Part shown: positions 20,771-30,170 of the stretch, one piece after another
Layout: every line of letters starts with the position of its first letter
How positions within the stretch are numbered: the first letter of the stretch is position 1
Assembly: GCA_947175175.1 (NCBI GenBank)
Contig: CAMWLV010000001.1
Coordinates: 2,358 to 66,357 of the forward strand
Direction of reading: 5' to 3'
Source: an uncultured Lachnospiraceae bacterium
GTDB taxonomy: Bacteria > Bacillota > Clostridia > Lachnospirales > Lachnospiraceae
Length of the DNA: 64,000 nucleotides
Position numbers and translations under genes: made by a program
Notes under the pieces: model-generated
The model's input: only the letters and a program-made list of their open reading frames with translations
The model's database searches: none
What the model was told of the DNA's origin: nothing

Positions 20771-21790
20771 TCACCCAAACAGTGTTGACTCCCTGATGAC
20801 CAATTCGTAGCCAAGCAAGGTCTTTGCTTCTACCTCCTCACCCTGAATGCAGTGCAGCAATATTCTGCAGGTGAGTGCTCCAAGTGCCTTATCGTCAAAT
20901 ACGAGTGATGTGACTGCCGGCTTGCTGTTTTTTAACAGTGTGCTGTCATAAAACGACGCAGCCTGAATCTGCTGTGGAACCAGAATATCTTTCTCGGCCA
21001 GAACCTGCAGTACGACAGAGCATATCACATCGTCCATGCAGACAATGCCCTGCACATTTTCCCGAATCAGTTTTTCCACGGCAGCCTCTATCTTGTCCGG
21101 CTTGTCACAGTCCTCAAAAATCAATGCTGTTTCCAACTGTACTCCTGCGTTTTTAAAAGCATCCTCATACCCCTGCCGCCTTGTCCGGTTCACAACATAG
21201 TTTTTGCTGCCGCCAATCAATCCAACCCTTGTAATCCCTGCGCCAAGCATACGTCCTACCAGTTCACCGCAGCCTGCCCTGTGGTCGTTGTCCACCTGCA
21301 GGATTTTCGAATCCCGCGATGTTCCCATCAACACAAAGGGAATACTCTGTGCTTTTAGCAGTGCAACATTCCTGTCCTTCACCAAAGAACGGCTCAGAAT
21401 CACACCATCAACCTTATTGTTTGCAATCATGCGCTCCAGATTTGCGGAGGAACTGCCCGTCGTCGTCACAAGCATGACATCATAGTCGTTTGCGGACGCC
21501 TCCTCGCAGATGCCCTGCATACTGTTCTGAAAAAAGGGCATCTCCACGAGATTGCAGTCCCCGGGAATCACTAGGGCAATATTATAAGTTTTCTTCTGCG
21601 CAAGCCCTTTCGCAATCACATTAGGTTTATAGTCGTTCGCCTCGATATATGCGAGAACCTTCTGTTTAGTGTCCTCACTGATGCGTCCTTTGCCTGATAT
21701 TGCCCGCGAGACGGTTGTCTTGGAAACATTAAGCGCCTCCGCCACATCTAAAATCGTAATCTTTTTATTTCCATTGCGAAATGTTTCCAT
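20771..21790 (-). CDS. LacI-family transcriptional regulator
   Basis: ITILDVAEALNVSKTTVSRAIS; C-terminal ELVIREST. Confidence 0.93.
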   Translation of the reverse strand: METFRNGNKKITILDVAEALNVSKTTVSRAISGKGRISEDTKQKVLAYIEANDYKPNVIAKGLAQKKTYNIALVIPGDCNLVEMPFFQNSMQGICEEASANDYDVMLVTTTGSSSANLERMIANNKVDGVILSRSLVKDRNVALLKAQSIPFVLMGTSRDSKILQVDNDHRAGCGELVGRMLGAGITRVGLIGGSKNYVVNRTRRQGYEDAFKNAGVQLETALIFEDCDKPDKIEAAVEKLIRENVQGIVCMDDVICSVVLQVLAEKDILVPQQIQAASFYDSTLLKNSKPAVTSLVFDDKALGALTCRILLHCIQGEEVEAKTLLGYELVIRESTLFG

Positions 21791-21802
21791 CTAACCCACA
21801 CC

Positions 21803-23320
21803 TTATGATTCGATACTGTCTATAAACCTCTGAAATGCTGCTTTTCCAGCCTCATCTCTCTTGTATACACCCGCGTGTTCAAGCACCTTGCCAAACACGA
21901 TACCAGTCTCTTTCTTGATGATGTCCATCACATTCTCTTTCGTGATGTTGTCATATTTCGGCAGGAATTCATCTACCCAGTCAGCATGCTTTTCCAGCAC
22001 TTCATTTTTGCGGATATCCTCTTTTGCGACAATCGCATCTGCAAGCTGCTCCAACTCCGACTTTAATCTCGATGGCAGCACTGCAAGTCCCATCACTTCG
22101 ATCAGGCCGATATTTTCCTTCTTAATATGATGAAGCTCTGCATGGGGGTGATATACACCGAGCGGATGCTCTTCTGTCGTGATATTGTTCCTGAGAACTA
22201 AATCTAACTCATACTTGTCACCGCGCTTCCTGGCGATCGGAGTGATCGTATTGTGCGGCTCATTGTCCGTCTCCGCAAAGATAAATGCTGCCTCATCTGT
22301 ATAACCACGCCATTTGGCAAGAATCACATCCGCAAGCTCAATAATCCTGTCATAATCCCTATGCGAAAGTCTGATGACTGACATCGGCCATTTGACAATA
22401 CCAGTATCTATATCCTCAAAACCTTTGATCTGAAATTCTTTCTCGACTGGTGCTTTCGCCATCGCAAACTCATAATTTCCGCCCTGGAAATGGTCATGAC
22501 TCAAGATGGAACCGCCCACGATCGGAAGGTCTGCGTTAGAACCTACAAAATAATGCGGGAACTGCTCCACAAAGTTGAAGAGCTTGACAAACGTGTCATG
22601 TTCGATCTTCATGGGAATGTGCTGGCTGTTAAATACAATGCAGTGCTCATTGTAATACACATACGGCGAGTACTGGAATCCCCATTTGTTCCCCTGAATC
22701 GTGACTGGAATGATCCTGTGGTTCTGTCTCGCAGGGTGGTTCACCCTTCCAGCATAGCCCTCATTCTCCATGCAGAGCTGACATTTCGGATACCCGCTCT
22801 GCTTTGCATTTTTTGCCGCTGCAATCGCTTTAGGATCTTTCTCAGGCTTGGACAAATTGATTGTGATATCCATCTCTCCATACTCGGTGTCGGCCTTCCA
22901 CTTCATATCGCGCGCAATGCGATAATGCCTGATATAGTCCGTATTCTGACTAAATGTATAATACCAGTCTGTTGCAGCCTTTGCCCCTTCCTCATCATAA
23001 AGCTTCTGGAACTTGCAAATCACATCTGATGGGCGCGGAACCAGCAGCCCCATAATCTTTGTGTCAAACAAATCCCTGTACACAATACTGTCATCGGGAA
23101 GCAGCCCCTTCTGCACTGCATAGTCAAGCATCTGCGTTAATAGTCCTTCCAGATCAAACTCCGCAGGATTTGTTATCACTGCCGGATTCTCTGGTTCTTC
23201 ATACTCGTCCAGTCCGAACAGCTCCAAGAGTGTGTTGGTCGTGTAGATTCTGTCGGATTCATCGAGAAGCCCTGCTGCAATGCCATAGTTTACAAGTGTC
23301 GAAATGTTTTTTGTGATCAT
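21803..23320 (-). CDS. galT: Galactose-1-phosphate uridylyltransferase (Firmicutes type)
   Basis: ITINLSKPEKDPKAIAAA, YPKCQLCMENEGY, GSNADLPIVGGSILSHDHFQGG, HIKKENIGLIEVMGLAVLP. Confidence 0.95.
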   Translation of the reverse strand: MITKNISTLVNYGIAAGLLDESDRIYTTNTLLELFGLDEYEEPENPAVITNPAEFDLEGLLTQMLDYAVQKGLLPDDSIVYRDLFDTKIMGLLVPRPSDVICKFQKLYDEEGAKAATDWYYTFSQNTDYIRHYRIARDMKWKADTEYGEMDITINLSKPEKDPKAIAAAKNAKQSGYPKCQLCMENEGYAGRVNHPARQNHRIIPVTIQGNKWGFQYSPYVYYNEHCIVFNSQHIPMKIEHDTFVKLFNFVEQFPHYFVGSNADLPIVGGSILSHDHFQGGNYEFAMAKAPVEKEFQIKGFEDIDTGIVKWPMSVIRLSHRDYDRIIELADVILAKWRGYTDEAAFIFAETDNEPHNTITPIARKRGDKYELDLVLRNNITTEEHPLGVYHPHAELHHIKKENIGLIEVMGLAVLPSRLKSELEQLADAIVAKEDIRKNEVLEKHADWVDEFLPKYDNITKENVMDIIKKETGIVFGKVLEHAGVYKRDEAGKAAFQRFIDSIES

Positions 23321-23360
23321 TGTGATACCCCCATATTTATTAAAGAATTGATTTCATCAA

Positions 23361-24479
23361 TTATTTCGGCTGATAATCCCTGATAACTTCCAACGCTGGA
23401 AGTGCGTTCCCGTCATAGTCAAACAACGCCTGGTTAGCCCACTCGTTTCCTCCTGGTCCCGTCTCCTTGATATAGGCAAGTGCCGCATCTGTTGCCCAGC
23501 CGCTTCCCGCAACGGGCAGCCACCCAGCTTCCCAGTAGAAGAAGCCTCTTCCCTTATTCTCCGGAACCTTCTCAACTACCTCGAAAAATGCCTTCATAAA
23601 ATCGCACTGTCCCTCTTTGGTCATCGGGAACGGTACTTTCTCGCAGAGCGCCGGTCTTGTCGCCATACCTTTTCTGTCCTCTGGCGCAAGCTTTTCATAA
23701 TCGATATAATCCTCCGTAGTATGCCCCATGGAAACCTCCGCAATGACAAGTTCCTTTCCATAGCGAACTGCGATGTCATTCATATTATTTGACAGGTCGT
23801 CAAGCGTGCCATGCCAGAACGGATAATACGAAAGACCGATGATGTCAAAATCCTCTCCCTTATTGACATTGATATACTGGTCAAACCACTCCCTGTACAA
23901 CGCGTTATTTCCGCCGTTATCGAGATGGAGCATAATCTTTGCAGTCGGACATGTCTCCTTCACCGCTCTGATACCCGCACTGACAAAGCGTGCAATATTT
24001 CCATAATTAGGAACCTGTCCCTCTGGCCAGAGCAGTCCGTTAGACAACTCATTTCCAACCTGCACCATATCGGGAACTGCACCTTCCTTAATCAATCCAA
24101 TCATCATTTCTTTCGTGAAATCATACACTGCCTGCTCAAGCTGGTCTGTATTGTAGTCTGCCCATGCCTTTGGCTTCCTCTGCTTGCCAGGATCTGCCCA
24201 GAAATCGCTATAGTGAAAGTCTAGCAAAAATCCAAGCCCTGCCGCCTTCACACGCTTTGCCATACGAAGTGTTGTCTCATAATCGGTATTTCCCGCTCCA
24301 TACGGCTTTCCATCAGGAGATTTGGGATCATTCCAGAGTCTTAACCGAATGTAATTGGTATCATAGCTTTTCAGTATCTGAATCAATTCGCCCTCTTTCC
24401 CGTTATCATAAAACTTCGCACCGAGCTTCTCGATTTCATCCAATGATGAGATGTCCATTCCCTTGATATAATTCAGCAT
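23361..24479 (-). CDS. Endo-beta-1,4-galactanase, GH53
   Basis: KGMDISS, LDFHYSDFWADPGKQ, VQVGNE, GLSYYPFWHG, NQALFD; no signal peptide. Confidence 0.93.
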   Translation of the reverse strand: MLNYIKGMDISSLDEIEKLGAKFYDNGKEGELIQILKSYDTNYIRLRLWNDPKSPDGKPYGAGNTDYETTLRMAKRVKAAGLGFLLDFHYSDFWADPGKQRKPKAWADYNTDQLEQAVYDFTKEMMIGLIKEGAVPDMVQVGNELSNGLLWPEGQVPNYGNIARFVSAGIRAVKETCPTAKIMLHLDNGGNNALYREWFDQYINVNKGEDFDIIGLSYYPFWHGTLDDLSNNMNDIAVRYGKELVIAEVSMGHTTEDYIDYEKLAPEDRKGMATRPALCEKVPFPMTKEGQCDFMKAFFEVVEKVPENKGRGFFYWEAGWLPVAGSGWATDAALAYIKETGPGGNEWANQALFDYDGNALPALEVIRDYQPK

Positions 24480-24520
24480 AATTTCTCTCCATTTTCTTAT
24501 TATTTTAATTTTTCACGTTT

Positions 24521-24538
24521 TGCGCAACCGTTTGCGCA
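24521..24538. promoter_or_regulatory. LacI-type operator upstream of the GH53-galT-lacI operon
   Basis: Palindrome TGCGCAA-CCGT-TTGCGCA with the central AxCG typical of LacI-family sites, ~40 nt upstream of the GH53 start. Confidence 0.65.
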
Positions 24539-24710
24539 TCTGTAATTATCATAACAAGGAAGGCATTATAAGTCAATACATCCGGCATCAATCCATGTGT
24601 GAGAAAATGAGGGTAGATTTTTAGCACTTTTACACAATCATCCACGCAAAAGTGTGCAATCCAGGCTGTCTTGTACTCCGATTTCCAGCCGGACAAAGTA
24701 CTATTGTAAG

Positions 24711-24755
24711 TGTAAAAAGGAGACAGCGCAATCAATCGCGCTATCTCCTTTTACA
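24711..24755 (-). terminator. Terminator after the sugar kinase gene
   Basis: TGTAAAAAGGAGACAGCGC...GCGCTATCTCCTTTTACA inverted repeat. Confidence 0.65.
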
Positions 24756-24774
24756 AACATACTCTCATTTCTGA

Positions 24775-25821
24775 TTATCGGTTCATCTCCAGCTGCGGTC
24801 CGGTGGAATGATGGTTCTTGATGATGCCATCGATTTCTTTTAAGTCTGACGAAGGCAAATCACCCGGAATCGTATTCTTTACTGCTGCGGTGGCATTTCC
24901 GTATTCCATCGCCTTAGTGCAGTTCATATTATGGGCAAGCAGTCCATATAGCGCACCTGATATGTACGCATCACCGCTTCCGATGCGGTCAACCACATCA
25001 ATATTCTCATATGCCGGCTCTTGTACATAGCAGTCATTAATCGCATCGTAGATGCAGGAACCAAAGGAATGCGTCTTAGGCGAATGTACAATACGCTGTG
25101 TTGACGCTACCACGCTGATATTGTAATCCTTCGTAAAGCTCCGCATCATGTCCTGCACAGTGCCCTCTTTTTTGAACGTGAGTCTGGCAGTCTCCTCCGA
25201 GCAGAAAAATACATCTACATACGGGAGAATCTGCTCAATACACTCCCTTGCCTCGTCACCTGTCCACAGATTTCCTCTGAAGTTTACGTCGAATGAAATG
25301 AGTGTTCCATTTTCCTTGAAACGCTTAATCATCTCAATCGCGGTATTCCTTGTCTTCTGACCAAGCGCAAGCGTGATGCCCGTCGTGTGGAAGCAGCGCG
25401 CCGATGTAAACATTTCCTCTGGGAAGTCGTCGATGGATATCTCAGTAAACGCTGTATTCTTTCTGTCATAGACAACATTCGGCTTTCTTGGGTGTGCACC
25501 GTACTCGTAGTAGTAAATGCCAAGTCTGGAATCCTTTGACTTATCATAGACCAGATAGTCATCGCTGACACCACAGAAGCGCACACGATTTTGTATGTAT
25601 CTGCCTAAATCATTTGCAGGAACCCTTGAGATAATACCTGTTCTCAACCCTAAAAGCGATGTGCCTGATACGACGTTCAACTCTGCACCGCCAGCCTGCT
25701 TCTGAAATGCATCACCTCTGGTAAGCCTCTCGTTTACCGGCGGTGACAGACGGAGTAAAATCTCTCCAAGTGCCAACAGATCAAATCCTCTTCTCTTGAA
25801 ATTTTCCTTATTTGTATTCAT
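24775..25821 (-). CDS. PfkB-family sugar kinase (2-keto-3-deoxygluconate kinase-like)
   Basis: GEILLRLSPP, AGGAELNV, FDVNFR, VVDRIGSGDAY. Confidence 0.85.
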   Translation of the reverse strand: MNTNKENFKRRGFDLLALGEILLRLSPPVNERLTRGDAFQKQAGGAELNVVSGTSLLGLRTGIISRVPANDLGRYIQNRVRFCGVSDDYLVYDKSKDSRLGIYYYEYGAHPRKPNVVYDRKNTAFTEISIDDFPEEMFTSARCFHTTGITLALGQKTRNTAIEMIKRFKENGTLISFDVNFRGNLWTGDEARECIEQILPYVDVFFCSEETARLTFKKEGTVQDMMRSFTKDYNISVVASTQRIVHSPKTHSFGSCIYDAINDCYVQEPAYENIDVVDRIGSGDAYISGALYGLLAHNMNCTKAMEYGNATAAVKNTIPGDLPSSDLKEIDGIIKNHHSTGPQLEMNR

Positions 25822-25899
25822 ATTCTTAGCTCCTCAAATGTGAATCGTTAACAGTTACACTATTATTTTGTTACTATTTTATCATATATTTATGATAGT

Positions 25900-25913
25900 T
25901 GTAAGCCCTTACA
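25900..25913. promoter_or_regulatory. cre-like palindrome TGTAAGCCCTTACA
   Basis: Abuts a minus-strand TACAAT; near-identical site at 51184..51197. Confidence 0.45.
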
Positions 25914-26065
25914 TTGTATATATTATCATACAATACCAAAAAATTCTACTAAATCCTTTAAAATACATAATCTTTTGGATTAAACGTCCAATGCAGTAAT
26001 CGTCGACATTCTGTACAATCTAATTATAGCTTCAATCAAAAACACTATTTATAGAAAGGAAGGTT

Positions 26066-26152
26066 ATGGCATATGTGACAGCTCCGAAAAAGGATTCCGG
26101 CAGTCGTCGCCTCTTATCAAATAGCTCAGATTATTTTGCTTTGAACACATAG
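26066..26152 (+). CDS. Putative 28-aa small protein
   Basis: AGAAAGGAAGG-TT-ATG; MAYVTAPKKDSGSRRLLSNSSDYFALNT*; followed by hairpin AAGGACACT-ATTTTAC-AGTGTCTCTTTT. Confidence 0.45.
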   Translation: MAYVTAPKKDSGSRRLLSNSSDYFALNT

Positions 26153-26185
26153 TTGAAAAAAGGACACTATTTTACAGTGTCTCTT

Positions 26186-26290
26186 TTCCAATTTCATATT
26201 GCGCCCTTTCTGTTTTGCCAGTGCGTGCTCAAGCTGCTCCTGTGTTATATTTCCGGTCTCTATCAGCAAGTCGCCTAATCGTATCTTTTT
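26186..26290 (-). pseudogene. Fragment of a PilB/GspE-type N-terminus (MshEN motif)
   Basis: Reads KKIRLGDLLIETGNITQEQLEHALAKQKGRNMKLE; in-frame TAG immediately upstream, no start codon, no ATPase domain. Confidence 0.65.
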
Positions 26291-26382
26291 CTATTAAAAT
26301 CCTTGCAATCCCACATCTTTTTCAACCTTTTTCGTCAATTCACGCTCTCATACTAAACAGTATTTTTATAAAATGATACATC

Positions 26383-27612
26383 TTAGTAAAATCTTTTGTA
26401 CCACTTGGCAAAGCTCCTGAGTCCATCTCTTAAGCTAGTCGACGGTTTAAATCCAAAATCGCGCTCCAAATCGCTTACATCTGCATACGTAACCTCCACA
26501 TCGCCCGGCTGCATGCCCACAAGCTCCTTGTGCGCCTCAAAGTTATAATCTTCTGGTAGTACTCCTGCACGTTTTAACTCCTCCTGCAGTATTTCCACAA
26601 AATTAAGCAGATTTTCAGGCTGATTGTTTCCAATATTATAGATTTTGTATCTCACGTTGTCCTCATTGGGAAGCGGTGCACACTGCATGACGGCTTGTAC
26701 TCCTGTGACAATGTCGTCAATGTACGTAAAGTCTCGCCGACAGTTACCATAATTAAATATTTTGATCATCTCATTTTTCACTAGCTTGTTAGTGAAACTA
26801 AAATACGCCATGTCTGGCCGCCCTGCAGGACCATACACAGTAAAAAAACGCAGGCCTGTTGACGGAATTCCATAAAGTTTCGAATACGAATATGCCAATA
26901 ATTCATTGGATTTCTTGGTAGCAGCATAGAGTGACACTGGGTTATCCACTTTGTCCTCTGTCGCGTAAGGAATTTTTTTATTGCTGCCATACACAGATGA
27001 GGAGCTTGCATACACCAAATGTTCTACTCCTGATGCGCCATTGTCATAACTGTGGCGGCATGCCTCCAGTATGTTGTAAAAGCCAATCAGATTGGACTCG
27101 ATATAGGCATCTGGGTTCTCGATACTGTAGCGCACACCCGCCTGCGCTGCAAGATTGACCACTAACCGTGGCTTGTATTGCTCAAAGATTTCGCACACCT
27201 GCTCTTTATCTGCGATATTTCCTTTTATAAATGTAAAATGCCCTGATACGGAAGCTTCCAGTTCTTTAATCTGATTCAAGCGAAATTCCTTGAGAGACAC
27301 ATCGTAGTAGGCATTCATGTTATCAATACCTACAATATGCACATTCTCTGCATTTTTCAGAAGCTCTAGTACTCCATCCAGACAGAAATTGGAGTTGTGG
27401 GCTGCATGGTTCGTGCCAGTGCTAGGCAAAATTTCGACGGCGATGCGGTGGCATCGTCTAGAAATTTTAACGACGCAATGGTACGAAACAGGCGGTTCAC
27501 AATTCTAATTTCTGACCGGATGGAGTACTAGTATAAGATTTGCACCGATAAAACCAGCTGCGCCTGTCACGAGCAGGGTCTTATTGTCAAGGTTTATATT
27601 TTTATCCAACAT
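26383..27612 (-). pseudogene. UDP-glucuronate 4-epimerase-like NAD-dependent epimerase interrupted by a 162-bp insertion
   Basis: True N-terminus MLDKNINLDNKTLLVTGAAGFIGANLIL (ATG 27612). Removing the insert restores ...GANLILELLKNAEN... LAAQAGVRYS and YAATK motifs present. The insert carries an in-frame TAG at 27507..27505. Confidence 0.9.
27366..27531. mobile_element. MITE-like palindromic insertion with CTAG (or TA) target duplication
   Basis: CTAG-TACTCCATCCAGACAGAAATTGGAGTTGTG...CACAATTCTAATTTCTGACCGGATGGAGTA-CTAG; no transposase inside. Confidence 0.88.
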
Positions 27613-27613
27613 T

Positions 27614-28096
27614 TTATTCGCTCTGCCCCTTCTCTTTCTTTCCAAATATCAATGCGGCAAAAAGCGCATTCATGTCACCCGGCTCCTGCCCTCCCCACTC
27701 CTCGCTGTACTTGTTGGCAGCCTCGTGCATCCCGAGACGCTCCATGGCGTTCACAACCCGCAATTTAATCTGTACCGACGACTGCTTCTGCCACTGAAAG
27801 GCATCGATCAGCCGCAATCCGTCCTTGTAAATCCTGTCATAATCCCTGTGTGAGCTCAATTTCTTAAAGTAGTCGTCAACCCAGCCTTGCACATTATATT
27901 TATTTTCTGTCTTCTGATCAATTTCTGCCAGCTCTCCATAAGAATCTGGATACTTTTCCCTCTCCTCCTCTATGATTTCAAGGAGTGTATCAAATGCGCC
28001 GTACCAGCACTCGTTTATCATATCGCCGCTATCCAGTGCCTTATAACATTTGGCAGTCCTGTCTTCAAATGTATGCCATTTTATATTTTTTTCCAT
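27614..28096 (-). CDS. Hypothetical protein (helical)
   Basis: 160-aa ORF with AAGGT RBS; stop lies 1 nt before the epimerase ATG. Confidence 0.65.
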   Translation of the reverse strand: MEKNIKWHTFEDRTAKCYKALDSGDMINECWYGAFDTLLEIIEEEREKYPDSYGELAEIDQKTENKYNVQGWVDDYFKKLSSHRDYDRIYKDGLRLIDAFQWQKQSSVQIKLRVVNAMERLGMHEAANKYSEEWGGQEPGDMNALFAALIFGKKEKGQSE

Positions 28097-28274
28097 TTAT
28101 ATAATTACCTTTCCCGTTTCCTTGTCATAACCCACTAGAATAGAGCCTTACTGTAGATTATATAAGGAACTTCATAGATTGCTATTATTTAGTATAACAT
28201 TAATTAGCAGTTCCTACAACAAAACATTTGTGTATCAAACATCACGATAATTAATAATACTAAATTTTCCTCCC

Positions 28275-28997
28275 TTAGTCAAACAATATCTCCTCCACTG
28301 TCACAAAGGTGTAACCTTCATCCATCAATTTATCTACCACTCTAAGTGCTGCTGCCACAGACGTATCATAGTAATCATGCATTAATATGATATCGTTCTC
28401 TTTTACTTTACTGACAACCTTTTCAGTAATACGGCTCACATTTTCAGAACACCAGTCCATAGGGTCTACACTCCAGAGTACCGGAAACATATTAAGTTCC
28501 TGTTCAAAGGACTTATCCCATGAGCCATAAGGCGGGCGTACATACTGTACTTCCTGTCCAGTAATCTCTTTTAGAATTTCATTCGTCTTGATCAACTCTT
28601 CCTTATAAGTCTCACGATTGTTTTGGGTTAGCTGGATGTGACTGTATGTATGATTTCCCACAAGATGCCCTTCTTCCGCCATTCTTTTTATAATTTCCGG
28701 ATGAAGCTCTGCGTGCTCACCAGTGACAAAAAAAGTAGCTTTCACGCCGCGTTCCTTCAGTCCGTCAAGAAGCTGTTCTGTGTATACAGGATGCGGACCG
28801 TCATCAAACGTAAGGGCAACACGTCTGGCATCAACAAATGTATTGTTAGGAGGATCTGGATCTATGGACGCAACAGAGATTGTGGAAGCAATAGCCGGAA
28901 TCGTCTTTGGGGACAGAAATGGTCTTATCAGAGCTGTCAAAGTCAAACCCATACATATCAAATACAATATATTGAAAATACGATTATAATGCTTCAT
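28275..28997 (-). CDS. Polysaccharide deacetylase (CE4, NodB domain), membrane-anchored
   Basis: ALTFDDGP, GNHTYSH, RPPYG, IILMHD. Confidence 0.92.
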   Translation of the reverse strand: MKHYNRIFNILYLICMGLTLTALIRPFLSPKTIPAIASTISVASIDPDPPNNTFVDARRVALTFDDGPHPVYTEQLLDGLKERGVKATFFVTGEHAELHPEIIKRMAEEGHLVGNHTYSHIQLTQNNRETYKEELIKTNEILKEITGQEVQYVRPPYGSWDKSFEQELNMFPVLWSVDPMDWCSENVSRITEKVVSKVKENDIILMHDYYDTSVAAALRVVDKLMDEGYTFVTVEEILFD

Positions 28998-29183
28998 ACA
29001 CAGAACCGCCAAAATGCACAACATTTATAATTATGATATGCAGAGTGACAACAAAAGGTTCCTGATAAAAAATATTGTTTGATTAAACTATAAAAATATG
29101 CCATTATAAAAATGTGAAAAGACTTATACCGATATGATTTCCTAATCGAAAAAATATTCACACACAAACGGAGAATACTTATC

Positions 29184-30170
29184 ATGCGAAAAAAAATAAC
29201 ATTTCTTGTCATACTGCTGATCCTCTGTATTTTTGCAGGTATCCTTCTTGGGAGCGTACCACTTTCCCCAATCAGTGTCCTGCGGTGTCTGGTTGGTTTT
29301 GACAAGGAGTCCACCACTTATATTCTTGTTAACACAGTGCGTCTGCCGCGTGTGGCGGGCGCCTGTCTTGCCGGCATGGGACTTGCTGCTTCTGGCGTTA
29401 TCTTGCAGAGTATCATGAACAATTCCCTTGCAAGTCCGAACACAATTGGTGTCAATTCCGGTGCCGGATTTGCTGTAATGCTCACACTGATGCTCGGCGG
29501 AAGTTATACATCTGCCGTCCCTGCTTCTGCCTTTATGGGTGCCCTGATCACCACGCTTGTCATCTTTGGACTCGCATACATGGCAGACAGTTCTCGCACG
29601 ACTATCATTCTTGCAGGCATCACCGTGTCAAGCTTTCTGAACGCGGGCATCAACACCATCAAACTCCTTGATACTGATATCACTGTCAATCTCACTACCT
29701 TCATGATTGGCTCCCTGTCGGGAATCACTTTGGACCGCCTGAAATTCCCTGCTGTTGCCATTATTGTGGCGCTTTTGCTATCTTTCTCGCTCACAAAGCC
29801 GCTCAATGTCCTCGGGCTCGGTGACGATATCGCGCGCTCACTTGGACTGAATGTCACCTCCATTCGGCTGATACTGCTGGTTCTGTCAAGCGTTCTGTCT
29901 GGCTGTGTGGTCAGCTACGCCGGGCTTCTTAGTTTTGTCGGGCTGATCGTTCCCCATATCTGCCGCAGGCTCTTCGGAAATGATGCCCGGTATTTACTGC
30001 CTTGTTCCGTCCTGCTCGGCGCCTGCTTCGTGCTCCTATGTGATATCGTAGGTCGTGTATTGTTTGCGCCCTTTGAGCTTCCTGCCGGCGTTCTGCTGTC
30101 TTTTATCGGCGGTCCGTTTTTTCTGTATCTATTATTCATAAAGAAGGGAGGACGCAGAGTCAATGCTTGA
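29184..30170 (+). CDS. FecCD/BtuC-family ABC permease
   Basis: VRLPRV, NSLASPNTIGVNSGAG, LGDDIARSLG, FVGLIVPHI. Confidence 0.92.
   Translation: MRKKITFLVILLILCIFAGILLGSVPLSPISVLRCLVGFDKESTTYILVNTVRLPRVAGACLAGMGLAASGVILQSIMNNSLASPNTIGVNSGAGFAVMLTLMLGGSYTSAVPASAFMGALITTLVIFGLAYMADSSRTTIILAGITVSSFLNAGINTIKLLDTDITVNLTTFMIGSLSGITLDRLKFPAVAIIVALLLSFSLTKPLNVLGLGDDIARSLGLNVTSIRLILLVLSSVLSGCVVSYAGLLSFVGLIVPHICRRLFGNDARYLLPCSVLLGACFVLLCDIVGRVLFAPFELPAGVLLSFIGGPFFLYLLFIKKGGRRVNA

Noticed and set aside
26383-27429. 348-aa epimerase ORF starting at 27429 as an intact gene
   Set aside because: Its start lies inside the insertion and it lacks the GAAGFIG NAD-binding motif.
29000-29183. Cobalamin riboswitch before the BtuC/FecCD-like permease
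   Set aside because: Region is short and AT-rich with no B12-box or other conserved riboswitch core.
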